Origin: Alphaproteobacteria bacterium
GTDB taxonomy: Bacteria > Pseudomonadota > Alphaproteobacteria > MPNO01
Assembly (NCBI GenBank): GCA_963667285.1
Contig: OY763326.1
Coordinates: 4,847,546-4,911,545 of the forward strand
Length of the DNA stretch: 64,000 bases
Reading direction: 5' to 3'
Shown here piece after piece: positions 54,973 to 64,000 of the stretch. The position numbers and the translations under genes were made by a program. The stretch's first letter is position 1; every line of letters begins with the position of its first letter. The notes under the pieces were generated by a model. It did not search any database. It worked only from the letters and a program-made list of their open reading frames with translations, and had not been told where the DNA came from.

Positions 54973-56097
54973 CTACAGATTCCGGACCGCGGGAAAGACG
55001 GTTTCCTTGAGGTGGCGCATGGTCGTCGTCACCGCGGCGTCGGGCGTGTTGCCGATCTTGATATTGAGGTTCATGCGCCCATGGCCAAGCTCGGCCTTCA
55101 CGCGCCGCAGCTGGTCGATCACCATGTCGGGAGTGCCGCAGAGCAGCAACCCCTTCTCGATCCGCTCCTCGATGGGCACCTGTTTGACCTTGCTCGGTAG
55201 TCCGGGGAAATTCTGCCGCGACTCCTCGTGCTCGAAATAGCGGGTCTTCTGGATCACCAGTCGCTGGGCCGTCCGGATGCCGCCGCCGAGCACCTCGAAG
55301 AAATACTTCTGGCCGGCCTTCATGGTCTCGACCGCCTCGTCCTTCGTGCCGGCGATGCAGCATCCCATGCCGACCATGAAATGGTCGGGTCCGGGCTCCC
55401 AGCCATCGGACCTCGCGACTTCGCGGTAGACGTCCATCATCGCCCGCGCCTCGTCGAAGCTGGTCAGGCGCAGGACACCCATGGTCGCGCCCAGCTCGGC
55501 CGCGAGCGTGGCCGATTCCCGGCTCGTGCCCGACATCACCAGGGGTGGGTGGGGCTGCTGCACCGGGCGCGGCCAGATGGACACCGCGCGGAACCGATAA
55601 TGCTCGCCCTCCCAGCCGAAGGGTTCCGGCTCGGTCCAGCATTTGAGGATCAGCTCGCACGCCTCGCGCATGCGCGAATACGATTCGTCGGGAGCCACGT
55701 TGTAGGCGACGTATTCGTGCGGGATCCCGCGCATGAACCCGGCGACCAGCCGTCCGCCCGACTGGACGTCGAGCATGGCGTATTCCTCGGCGATGCGGAT
55801 GGGATTGGCCAGCGGCACGATGTTGCCCGACTGGAGGATGCCGGCCGTCCTCGTGCGCTCGATGACGGCGGCCGCGATCAGGTTGGGGTTGGGCATGAGC
55901 CCGTAGGGGCTCATGTGGTGCTCGTTGCATCCGATCCAGTCGAACCCGACCTCCTCCGCATACACCTTGTTGTCGATGTACTTGCGGTAGAGCTCGGCCC
56001 CGCGCTTCGGGTCGAACTGCTTGTTGGCGACCGGCCAGTCCTGCCCTGCCTCCTCCACATGGGTGTAGGGCATGTGGTGGGTGTAGGAGAACTTCAC
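54973..56097 (-). CDS. LLM-class flavin-dependent oxidoreductase, paralog 3
   Basis: MKFSYTHHMPYTHVEEAGQDWPVANKQFDP... nearly identical to paralog 1 through about residue 190, then diverges. Confidence 0.85.
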   Translation of the reverse strand: MKFSYTHHMPYTHVEEAGQDWPVANKQFDPKRGAELYRKYIDNKVYAEEVGFDWIGCNEHHMSPYGLMPNPNLIAAAVIERTRTAGILQSGNIVPLANPIRIAEEYAMLDVQSGGRLVAGFMRGIPHEYVAYNVAPDESYSRMREACELILKCWTEPEPFGWEGEHYRFRAVSIWPRPVQQPHPPLVMSGTSRESATLAAELGATMGVLRLTSFDEARAMMDVYREVARSDGWEPGPDHFMVGMGCCIAGTKDEAVETMKAGQKYFFEVLGGGIRTAQRLVIQKTRYFEHEESRQNFPGLPSKVKQVPIEERIEKGLLLCGTPDMVIDQLRRVKAELGHGRMNLNIKIGNTPDAAVTTTMRHLKETVFPAVRNL

Positions 56098-56158
56098 GAG
56101 TCCTCGCCGGTCGGTGGCGACGGGCGGTGCGGCGCGGGCGCGCCGCCCGCTGGCCTCG

Positions 56159-57202
56159 CTATCTCAAGCCCATGATCTTGCCGTATTTCTTTCTCAGCCG
56201 GAGACCGTTCTCCTGGACATATTCCCGGGTCAGCCAGCCAATCTTCTTGCCGGCGGCAAGCTTGTTCAGGTCGTTCCCCTCGGTGGTGACGAAACCGGTG
56301 CCGTCGATTTCGTTGAGCGCCTGCTGGCCATCCGGGGTGGTAATCCAATAGGCCCAAAGCTTGGCGAGGTTGGGGCTCTTCGTGTCCGACATCAGATAGT
56401 ATGACCAGTTCGAAAGCGCGATGGGATCGATCGGCGCCATCTTGACCGGCGCGCCCTGGCGGATCTGCTTGAACGCGTCCGTCCCGATCGACAGCGCGAA
56501 CTCGCCGGTCAGGACCTTGCCGCGGACATCGGGGAACCGCGCCATCATCTTGGCCTGGCCCTTCGCCATGATCTCGGTCAGGAGCGCGGTGGCCTTCTCT
56601 TCACCGATCGCCGCGGCCAGATAGATCCACGGGCTCGGCGAGCGCGGCATCGCGATCCGGCCCTTCCACTTGGGATCGAGCAGGTCGTCCCAGCTCCGCG
56701 GCGCCTCGGAATCCTTCACCAGGTTGGTGTTGTAGGTAACGAAGCACAGGCTGACGTCGTGCGACTTGACCCCGTATTCGCTGGCCCGCAGCGAGGCCGG
56801 GATGCCGAGTTCCTTGACCCAGTCGACCTTCTGGACCGCCCCGGAACGTTCAAGGCGCACGCTGGTGCTGTAGGACGTCCAGAACACGTCGAAACCGGTG
56901 GGCACCCCCTTCTTGATGGCCAGCGCGACCTCGGCGGCCTTCTTGGTGTGGAAGCCTCCACCCATGTTGAGCTCGATCGGGAACCCGTAGAACGCGTTGA
57001 GCCGCTTGGAGAAGGCGCGGACCGCGCTGGGCTTCAGCGTGCGGCCGTACACCGTGATCTCGCCTTCCTTCTTGGCGCCTTCAACCAGGGCCTGCACGCC
57101 GGGCGGCAGATCGCGCGCCGTGGCCGGTACCGAGGTCAGGGTTGTCAGCGCCGCGGCGGCCAGGGCCAGCGCGCCCGCGTGTCGAATGCTCCTCCGCAAC
57201 AT
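56159..57202 (-). CDS. Fe3+/thiamine-type ABC transporter substrate-binding protein
   Basis: Signal peptide MLRRSIRHAGALALAAAALTTLTSVPATA and SBP_bac_6/8-like pattern. Confidence 0.85.
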   Translation of the reverse strand: MLRRSIRHAGALALAAAALTTLTSVPATARDLPPGVQALVEGAKKEGEITVYGRTLKPSAVRAFSKRLNAFYGFPIELNMGGGFHTKKAAEVALAIKKGVPTGFDVFWTSYSTSVRLERSGAVQKVDWVKELGIPASLRASEYGVKSHDVSLCFVTYNTNLVKDSEAPRSWDDLLDPKWKGRIAMPRSPSPWIYLAAAIGEEKATALLTEIMAKGQAKMMARFPDVRGKVLTGEFALSIGTDAFKQIRQGAPVKMAPIDPIALSNWSYYLMSDTKSPNLAKLWAYWITTPDGQQALNEIDGTGFVTTEGNDLNKLAAGKKIGWLTREYVQENGLRLRKKYGKIMGLR

Positions 57203-57295
57203 GGCACGCCCCCTCTCGTTGTTTTCGGTTTGTCGGGTTCAATCCTAGGCAGCTTCCTTCGCGCCTGCCAAGCGTGCGCCGACGTCGTCGCCGAT

Positions 57296-59056
57296 TCACT
57301 CGGCGGGGCTGGGAATGGCGGTCCGGGCGCGCATCCGGCGGCCGCGCCTTCTGCGTCGTCTCGAGTAATCCACGCCGAACTCGCTCATCCCCGTCATCCT
57401 GTGCGCGAACACCGCGAGCACGGCGAGCAGGACGATCATGTAGATCGCGATCGCCCCGGCGGCGTTCTGGTCCCCGTTGGTCTGAAGGTCGAAGATCAGG
57501 GTCGAGATGGTGTGCGTCTTGCCCGCGCTCATGATCAGCGGCAGGGTCAGGTCGCGCGCCGCCAGCATGCCGGACATCAGGGCTGCGTAGAACAGCGCCG
57601 GCGCCATGATGGGCAGGAAGACCCGGCGGAAGGCGACCAGCTGGGAAACGCCGGAAGCGCGGGCGGCCTCGTCGAGCTCGAACCGAATCTGCAGCGAAGA
57701 GGCGTTCATGGTGCGGGTGCAGTAGGCAAGCATCCGCGTGCCCATGGCGATGGCGATCAGCCAGATCGTCCCGTAGAGCGGAATCCAGTGATAGATCGAG
57801 ATGCCGAGGAACTGGAACGCGACACCCGCGACCATGGTGGGAACGGCGGGAGCCAGGAACACCAGCGCGTCGGACCACCGGGCGGCGGGGCTGCGGCTTC
57901 GGGTGACGACCCAGGAAATGCTGGTCGCCAGCACTATCGAAACCACGATGGCGCCGGCCATGATGATCAGCGTGTTGCGCAGCGGGCCCATCATGTAGTC
58001 GATGGCGTCGACAAAGCTGACGAGCGTCATCGTCGACATGGCGGCGATCGAGAACGCCTGGAGATAGGGCACCAGCGCCACCCACACCAGGGTGATCACC
58101 GGGACGACCACGGCGAGCAGCACCCAGAACCCGACATAGGCGCCGGCGACCCAGCGCCATTTTCCGAGCGGCTGCGGCGAGAACCTGCGTCCCTTGCCGC
58201 CCACCACGGCGTATCTGTCGGCCTGTCGCAGCATGCGGACATAGAACGCGATGGCGATGCCGCAGAGCAGAAACAGCATCATGCCGATCGCCCCGGCGAG
58301 CCCGAAATTGGGTAGCCCGATCATCGGATGCATGGCGTCGTAGATCCAGATGACCAGCACGTCCACGCCGCCGGGCAAGCCGATCAGCCCGACGATGTCG
58401 AAGATCTCGATCGAGATGACGAAGAAGAACAGCGCCGCCGCCACAACGCCGGGTGCGAGCAGCGGCAGGACGATGCGGCGGATCGTCCGTGCACGGGAGA
58501 CGCCGGAGACCCAGGCCGCCTCCTCCAGCGACGCATCCATGTTGCGGAACGCCGGCAACATCATGAAGACGCAGGCGGGCGTGAGCACCACGCCCTGGAG
58601 AAAACACACCCATGAGAGCTGGTAGATATCGAACGCCGCCGCCCCGTCGACACCGGTGGCGCCCAGCATCTTGTTCACCAGACCGGAGGTCGGATTGAAC
58701 AGCCAGACATAGGACATCGCCGTTATGAAGCCGGGAATGGCGAGCTTGGCGGTCAGCAGGGTGAACAGGGCGCCCTTCCACGGGAAGTCGGTCCGCGTGA
58801 TCAGCCAGGCGAACGGGAAGGAGAACGCCATCATGAAGACAATGCTGCCCAATCCGAGGACGATGGTGCGGACGAGCACGGGCAGGAGCTCGTCGTCGGC
58901 CAGCATGTCGGCATAGTTCGCCAGCGTGAACGTCCCGATATCGCCTTCGATGGAGAAGCTGCCGACGACGTTGCCGAGCAGGGAAACCACGATGAAGGCG
59001 AGGCCGAGAAAGGCCAGCCCGAACACCCAGGCGATGCCGGTCGGTCTAACCCGCAT
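57296..59056 (-). CDS. Fe3+-type ABC transporter permease, fused two-domain
   Basis: 586 aa with two permease repeats, homologous to the gene at 42195-43940. Confidence 0.85.
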   Translation of the reverse strand: MRVRPTGIAWVFGLAFLGLAFIVVSLLGNVVGSFSIEGDIGTFTLANYADMLADDELLPVLVRTIVLGLGSIVFMMAFSFPFAWLITRTDFPWKGALFTLLTAKLAIPGFITAMSYVWLFNPTSGLVNKMLGATGVDGAAAFDIYQLSWVCFLQGVVLTPACVFMMLPAFRNMDASLEEAAWVSGVSRARTIRRIVLPLLAPGVVAAALFFFVISIEIFDIVGLIGLPGGVDVLVIWIYDAMHPMIGLPNFGLAGAIGMMLFLLCGIAIAFYVRMLRQADRYAVVGGKGRRFSPQPLGKWRWVAGAYVGFWVLLAVVVPVITLVWVALVPYLQAFSIAAMSTMTLVSFVDAIDYMMGPLRNTLIIMAGAIVVSIVLATSISWVVTRSRSPAARWSDALVFLAPAVPTMVAGVAFQFLGISIYHWIPLYGTIWLIAIAMGTRMLAYCTRTMNASSLQIRFELDEAARASGVSQLVAFRRVFLPIMAPALFYAALMSGMLAARDLTLPLIMSAGKTHTISTLIFDLQTNGDQNAAGAIAIYMIVLLAVLAVFAHRMTGMSEFGVDYSRRRRRRGRRMRARTAIPSPAE

Positions 59057-60203
59057 TCCCGGCCCCGGTCAGGGATTCCCCGGCGTCGTATGCCTCGCCG
59101 CCGCCGGCCGCCGGCGCCACGACCGAGCAATGTTCGGGCGGCATGTGGAGGAAGATCTTCCGGCCTTCGCCGAGTTCGACGCTGTGGTGCAGCTTGACGC
59201 GGAGCTTCACGGAACCCATCGACACCGTGTAGACCATCGCCTCTCCGACGAACTGACGCGTGGTCACCTCGCATTCGATGGTGTTGCCGGCGGCCGCATC
59301 CCGATCCGCCAGCCGCATGTCCTCCGGCCGTATGCCGAAAAAGCAGCGTGCGCCCGCCGACAGTCGCTTCTCCCGCGGGGCCAGCGCGCGGACACGCCCG
59401 ATCGCGCTGTCCAACGTGGCGAATCCGTCCGTGACATCGACCAGGTCCGCGGGCACCAGGCTCATCTCCCCGATGAACCGTGCGACGAACTCGTCGGCGG
59501 GGTGACGATAGATTTCCCGCGGGGTGCCGATCTGGACCATGCGGCCGCGATCCATCACCGCGATCCGGTCGCCCGTTTCCATCGCCTCGGCCTGGTTGTG
59601 CGTGACGTAGACCGTGGTCAGGCCGAGTCGGTGCATGAGTTCCTTGAGCTGCGCCCGAAGCCGGAGCTGGAGCTTGAAGTCGAGGTTCGACAGCGGTTCG
59701 TCCATCAGCAGCACATCGGGCTGCAGCGCAAGCGCCCGGGCCAGCGCGACTCGCTGCTGCTGGCCGCCCGACAACGTGGTCACCGGCCGGTCGGAGAGGC
59801 TGGAAAGCGCGAGCAGGTCGAGAACGTCAAGGACTCTGGCGCGCTGTTCTTCCTTCGGCAGCCGCCGCACCCCTTCGCGCAGGGGAAAGGCCACGTTCTC
59901 GTACACATCCATATGCGGCCATACGGCATAGGACTGGAAGACCATGGCGATGGGCCGGCGCTCGGGCGGGACGTGGCGCCGTTCGGAGGCGGAGACCACG
60001 GTCTCGCCGTCGATCTCGATGGTTCCGCGGTCCGGCCTTTCGAGGCCCGCGATCGAGCGCAGCATGGTGGTCTTGCCGCAGCCGCTGGGACCGAGCAGCA
60101 CAAAGAATTCGCCCCTGGCGACCTCGAAATCCACACCGTCCAGGGCGCGCACCTCGGAGTCGCTCAGCCGGAACGTCTTCTTGAGGCCCCGGACAGTCAG
60201 CAT
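59046..60203 (-). CDS. ABC transporter ATP-binding protein with C-terminal TOBE domain (FbpC/PotA-like)
   Basis: Walker A GPSGCGKTT, signature LSGGQQQRVALARAL, Walker B LLMDEP, C-terminal TOBE pattern. Confidence 0.9.
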   Translation of the reverse strand: MLTVRGLKKTFRLSDSEVRALDGVDFEVARGEFFVLLGPSGCGKTTMLRSIAGLERPDRGTIEIDGETVVSASERRHVPPERRPIAMVFQSYAVWPHMDVYENVAFPLREGVRRLPKEEQRARVLDVLDLLALSSLSDRPVTTLSGGQQQRVALARALALQPDVLLMDEPLSNLDFKLQLRLRAQLKELMHRLGLTTVYVTHNQAEAMETGDRIAVMDRGRMVQIGTPREIYRHPADEFVARFIGEMSLVPADLVDVTDGFATLDSAIGRVRALAPREKRLSAGARCFFGIRPEDMRLADRDAAAGNTIECEVTTRQFVGEAMVYTVSMGSVKLRVKLHHSVELGEGRKIFLHMPPEHCSVVAPAAGGGEAYDAGESLTGAGNAG

Positions 60204-61017
60204 GCCGCAACGATCTTACCGGGCGATATCGACGGGGAGCAATTGCGGCTTGGCGGCCGCCTCTGAGCTGGCCTCGTCTTTTCGGACAACTTGGCGGCGG
60301 CTTTAGGGTGCATTCCGAATGAGGTTCAGGCCGCTAGAAACCTCCCGAATCGAACTCCCTGACGGCGCGCGCGAACGCCAGATCCGGCTCGAAGGCGTGA
60401 CCGATACCGCCGCCGCGCGATCTCCTGGCGGGCGGAGCGCGAGGGGGTGCTGCTCACCCGCGGGTCGCCGTGGCCGATTGCATGGGAGTCCTCCAGGTCA
60501 GTTCTTCTGACGCGAGCGGCTCCCGGACCATCCGCCAAGGGGATCGGAGGTGGGTTGCGTCCGCAGATCACGATCTTCGGCACGGGCGATTTTCTTGTCA
60601 GCTCATCCCGGGGCAGGGGCCCGGCGCGGTCCTCTGGAGGGGCTGAATCGGGCAGGTCAACGAGATAGGTCTCCAATGAAATCAAGCCCCCCATTTGGGG
60701 CGGTTGGGTCACATAGTCCATTGAAATTAACGGAACATTCAGCTCATGCCGGGCCCACCACCTCGCTTGGAACATCGTTTCCGACCCCACCTTCGCCGGC
60801 AAGAGCCGGTTCGCGGCTGCGACGCAGCGTGAAGCCTCCCGAGCGGTGCCGGGCCCGGATCCCTGCCCTCCCGGTCGACCGGCGCGCCGGGCCTGCGCGC
60901 TGCCTGGCGAAGGGCACGGTCTCCAGGTGCTTTTGCACGGCATGGGCGACGCTGTCGGCGAGCGGCAGATGCGCCCTTTCGGCGTTCCAGTGCTGGCGGA
61001 AGAGCTCGACGGTCTCG

Positions 61018-62445
61018 CTAAGCGGGCGCGCCGAGGCGTTCGAGCACCCGCTTGAGGCGGTGGAGGGGGCTGCGGTCGCGCATCATCTGGAGCGGCACCG
61101 AGAAGTGGCCGCGCCGCCAGATGAAGCGGTTCTCCGCCGGGACCCGCCAGTCGTCGATCAGCGCCTTGCCGGTGGCGAACGGGGTGACGGTGTCCCGGCT
61201 GCCGAGCACGGTGACGATGTTCCGCGGGTCCATCGCCGGGGGGCCGCCCTGGGGGTCGAGCAAGGGGAGCCAGCGCAGCGCCTCCTCCTGGCTCCAGCCA
61301 TGCGCGGCCAAGGCCTCGGCCACGCCCCAGAGCCTGGCCATGCTGCCGCGCAGCGCCGCGTCCTCGTGATGCCCGCAATGGGTGACCAGGAACAGCGCGT
61401 CGGGCCGGACCGCTTCCGGCCAGGCGCTCGCCTTGACCGCCAGAAGCTGGGAGAGCAGCGCGCCGAGGCTGCTGCCGCCGACGGCGACCGGGCCGCGGCT
61501 GGTCCGCCGGCTCCAGTCGATCAGCACCGGCCATTCCAGGAGCTGGGCGGAGAACGTGTCCAGCGCGCCGCGCGGCGCGCGGGCGATGAACATCTCCCCG
61601 CCATAGCGCCCGTCGGGCACCCGCCTTCCGTGCCACGGCGCTTCGGGCCGGACCACGCGGATCCCCATCTGGCACATCAGGAAGACCTCGTCGACCAGCC
61701 CGTGCCAGTGGTCGAACTCGACGCAGATTCCGTGGCCGAACACCAGCGTGGGAGGATCGGTGACGCCGACCGGCTCGTAGACCCGGGCGAACACGTCGTC
61801 GTTCATCACCGGGCTGGGGGAGCGGAACCTGAGCCAGTACTCCTCTCCCACCGGCCCGGGCACGCGCTGCGATTGGGCGATCTCGGGAAACGGCAGGGAG
61901 GGCGCGAAGGCGGCGGCCGGGTCGGCCAGCCAGGCGCCGTAATCGGCCTCGACCTCGTCCACGCTCGGCACGTCCCAGCGAACCGGCCGGATCGACCGCC
62001 GGCGCCCGAGATAGGAAAAATGCCGCCGCGTGGCGTTGTAGGCGTTGCGCCGGTCGCGCCTCGCCGCCTCGATCGCCACCAGCCGGTAGAGCTCGGTCTC
62101 CCGCTCGTCGAAGAACACCTGGCGCCAGCGCGCCTCGGTCGCGTTCACCGCCTCGCGCGCGGTCTCGAACCGGTCGAGCGTCTTGCGCAGCCTGGCCCCG
62201 ATCCCCGGGATCGGGTCCATCGGCACTTCCTCGTAGAACTTGAGGAGCGACCCGTTGGCGGCCCGCGCCGCCGCCCACAGCCGCGACAGGGGGAAGAACC
62301 AGCGCCCCAGCAGCCACAGCGCCACGGGATCGAACCACGGCCGCGCCAGCCCCGCGCCGACCGGCGAGCGCATCCATCTCTCGCTGAAATCCTCGGCGGT
62401 GAGACGCGGTTCCCAACCCTCGGGAAAAACCGGCCCAGGGGTCAA
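61018..62445 (-). CDS. alpha/beta-hydrolase-fold protein with N-terminal extension (putative esterase/lipase/depolymerase)
   Basis: GxSxG elbow (VGGSSLGALLS) and catalytic His candidate (HCGHHED). 475 aa. Overlaps the downstream acyltransferase by 4 nt. Confidence 0.55.
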   Translation of the reverse strand: MTPGPVFPEGWEPRLTAEDFSERWMRSPVGAGLARPWFDPVALWLLGRWFFPLSRLWAAARAANGSLLKFYEEVPMDPIPGIGARLRKTLDRFETAREAVNATEARWRQVFFDERETELYRLVAIEAARRDRRNAYNATRRHFSYLGRRRSIRPVRWDVPSVDEVEADYGAWLADPAAAFAPSLPFPEIAQSQRVPGPVGEEYWLRFRSPSPVMNDDVFARVYEPVGVTDPPTLVFGHGICVEFDHWHGLVDEVFLMCQMGIRVVRPEAPWHGRRVPDGRYGGEMFIARAPRGALDTFSAQLLEWPVLIDWSRRTSRGPVAVGGSSLGALLSQLLAVKASAWPEAVRPDALFLVTHCGHHEDAALRGSMARLWGVAEALAAHGWSQEEALRWLPLLDPQGGPPAMDPRNIVTVLGSRDTVTPFATGKALIDDWRVPAENRFIWRRGHFSVPLQMMRDRSPLHRLKRVLERLGAPA

Positions 62446-63875
62446 GGCGCGGCGTCCCGCTCTGGCAGCAGGTGGATCACGGGCGTGACGTAGAAATCGA
62501 GCAATTTGCTTTCTTCGGGATTTACCTTGTACCTGCCGGGCGGATCTTCAAGCAGGATTCGGCGCTTCAGCAGGAGCTGCAAGCCGTCATTGACGGCGAG
62601 GCTCTCTTCGCCGAAGGGAACATACACATGCGCGCCGCCGCTTTCGAACGCGCCGATGAGCCGGTGCACGCGCGCCTTCAGCTCGAGCTCGCTCAGCGCC
62701 CGGCCGGGACTCTCCGCCAGGGCGGTCGCGATCAGCGAGACCGGCAGCACGGGGGTCAGCCTGCCCACCTCCTCCATCAACCCGGTGACCAGCTTCATGG
62801 AGACGCCGTAGCGGGTCTCGCGGTCGAGCCCCGCGAGCTCGACCCCGTTTTCGGCGAGCCACGCCTTGAGGGAGACGGGCGCTCCGAAATTCGCGCATGC
62901 CCGGCCGAATCGCTGGCGCCGCCCATGGATCAGCTCGACGGAGGTGCGGAGGAAAAACGCCAATGTCGAGCGCAGCACGAAGGCCGTGCCCCGCTTGCTG
63001 AGCATCGCCTCTTCGCCGTGGCGCAGCAGGGTGCGGTCCTCGACCACGCGCTCGTAATTGATCGCGACGGGGATGAACAGGACATCGGGCGAGGCCTCGA
63101 CGTCGAAGCCGCGCATGATGTAGTCGATCAGCCCGGCCCTGGGCGGCCGCAGCCCGCCGTCATGCGACAGCCCGGCCTCGGGAAACAGCGCCTGCGGCAC
63201 CCGGCCCTCCACCGCGAGCTGGACATAGCGCTCGACCACGCGCCGGTAGAGAGGATTCCGCGAATTGCGCCGGACGAAATAGGCGCCCATCGCGCGCAGC
63301 AGATTCGCCACCGGCCAGAACAGCGTCCACTCGCCCGCCGCGTAGGAGAGCGCGGCGCGGCGCGAGGCGAGATAGGTGACGAGCAGGTAGTCGAAATTGC
63401 TGCGGTGGTTCATCACCAGCACCAGGCTGGCGCCGCTGTCGACCTTGTCGAGGGTTTCCTGGTCGGCGTAGCCGATCCGCACCCGGTAGAAGAAGCGGAT
63501 GAACCGGCGGGCCAGGCGGTAGCCGAGGCGGAAATAGAAATAGGCGTTGAACCCGGGCACGATCTCCTCGGCGTAGCCCCGGATCTCCTCGACGACGATC
63601 TGCTGCGGGACGTCCCGCTCGGCAGCGGCCTCGGCCGCCGCGTCGAGCAGCTTTTCGTCGTAGATCAGGCGGTCGATCAACCGGTCGCGCTTGGTCAGCA
63701 TGAACGGCGGCAGGTCGATCCGCAGCCTCGAATTGACGTCCTCGATGACCCGGTAGACGCGGCGCCGCAGCACCCAGCGCGTCCCCGGCATCAGGAAGTG
63801 GCCGAAGAGGGAAAGCAGCGCGAGCGCCGAGACCAGCACGACCAGCCAGACGGGCAAGGCAACGAGTTCGCCCAC
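62442..63875 (-). CDS. lysophospholipid/glycerol-3-phosphate acyltransferase family protein
   Basis: HXXXXD acyltransferase motif NHRSNFDYLLV and PlsB-like pattern. N-terminal TM helix. Confidence 0.75.
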   Translation of the reverse strand: MGELVALPVWLVVLVSALALLSLFGHFLMPGTRWVLRRRVYRVIEDVNSRLRIDLPPFMLTKRDRLIDRLIYDEKLLDAAAEAAAERDVPQQIVVEEIRGYAEEIVPGFNAYFYFRLGYRLARRFIRFFYRVRIGYADQETLDKVDSGASLVLVMNHRSNFDYLLVTYLASRRAALSYAAGEWTLFWPVANLLRAMGAYFVRRNSRNPLYRRVVERYVQLAVEGRVPQALFPEAGLSHDGGLRPPRAGLIDYIMRGFDVEASPDVLFIPVAINYERVVEDRTLLRHGEEAMLSKRGTAFVLRSTLAFFLRTSVELIHGRRQRFGRACANFGAPVSLKAWLAENGVELAGLDRETRYGVSMKLVTGLMEEVGRLTPVLPVSLIATALAESPGRALSELELKARVHRLIGAFESGGAHVYVPFGEESLAVNDGLQLLLKRRILLEDPPGRYKVNPEESKLLDFYVTPVIHLLPERDAAP

Positions 63876-64000
63876 GAGACCTCCCCGGCGGACCGCAGCC
63901 CCGCGCAGGGGCCGCCTCGAGGCACGCTGGCGAAACCCGCTGTGCAGGGCGGCGATGTTTTTTGCCCAGACTGCGCCTATATTAGCATGGGCGTCGTGTC

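Overview
This is a 64-kb, high-GC (about 67%) window, probably a chromosomal accessory region of an alphaproteobacterium-like organism (taxon is inference only). It is dense in catabolic and transport genes and unusually rich in mobile DNA. The 5' end (1-4150) is degenerate mobile/toxin-antitoxin debris: a frameshifted HicB-like ORF, a ~1-kb low-GC foreign ORF and an IS1380-family transposase C-terminal remnant. Next come a crotonase, an MBL-fold hydrolase and two TRAP transporters flanking a tRNA(CAU); one TRAP dctQM pair is co-oriented with a Rieske oxygenase alpha subunit. The centre (14147-24608) is an 11-gene co-directional cluster. It contains hydantoinase A/B, a NitT/TauT-type ABC transporter with two permeases, an isochorismatase-like hydrolase (apparently frameshifted), a PhtD-like decarboxylase and a three-subunit nitrile-hydratase-superfamily enzyme. 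That enzyme has a split beta subunit and a Co-type VCTLCSC alpha subunit, the thiocyanate-hydrolase ScnBAC / ToyJKL-like architecture. An IS630-family element sits exactly in its stop codon. Downstream are a sugar-type ABC transporter, a CoxMSL-like molybdenum hydroxylase, an XRE-cupin regulator, a CocE/NonD hydrolase and an isochorismatase. These are followed by an intact IS4-family IS, a GST-zeta, an OYE reductase, an IS3 orfA fragment with a decayed ABC ATPase, and an Fe3+-type ABC transporter lacking its ATPase. Then come a LigAB-type extradiol dioxygenase cluster with RidA, amidohydrolase and CN-hydrolase genes, three paralogous LLM flavin monooxygenases, two tail-to-tail alpha/beta hydrolase paralogs, an intact Fe3+-type ABC transporter and a hydrolase/acyltransferase pair. 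A 263-288 bp MITE-like element with ~30-bp terminal inverted repeats occurs three times. Each copy is flanked by a 4-bp CTAG/CCAG-type duplication, and at least one flank of each copy sits on or a few bp from a TAG stop codon.
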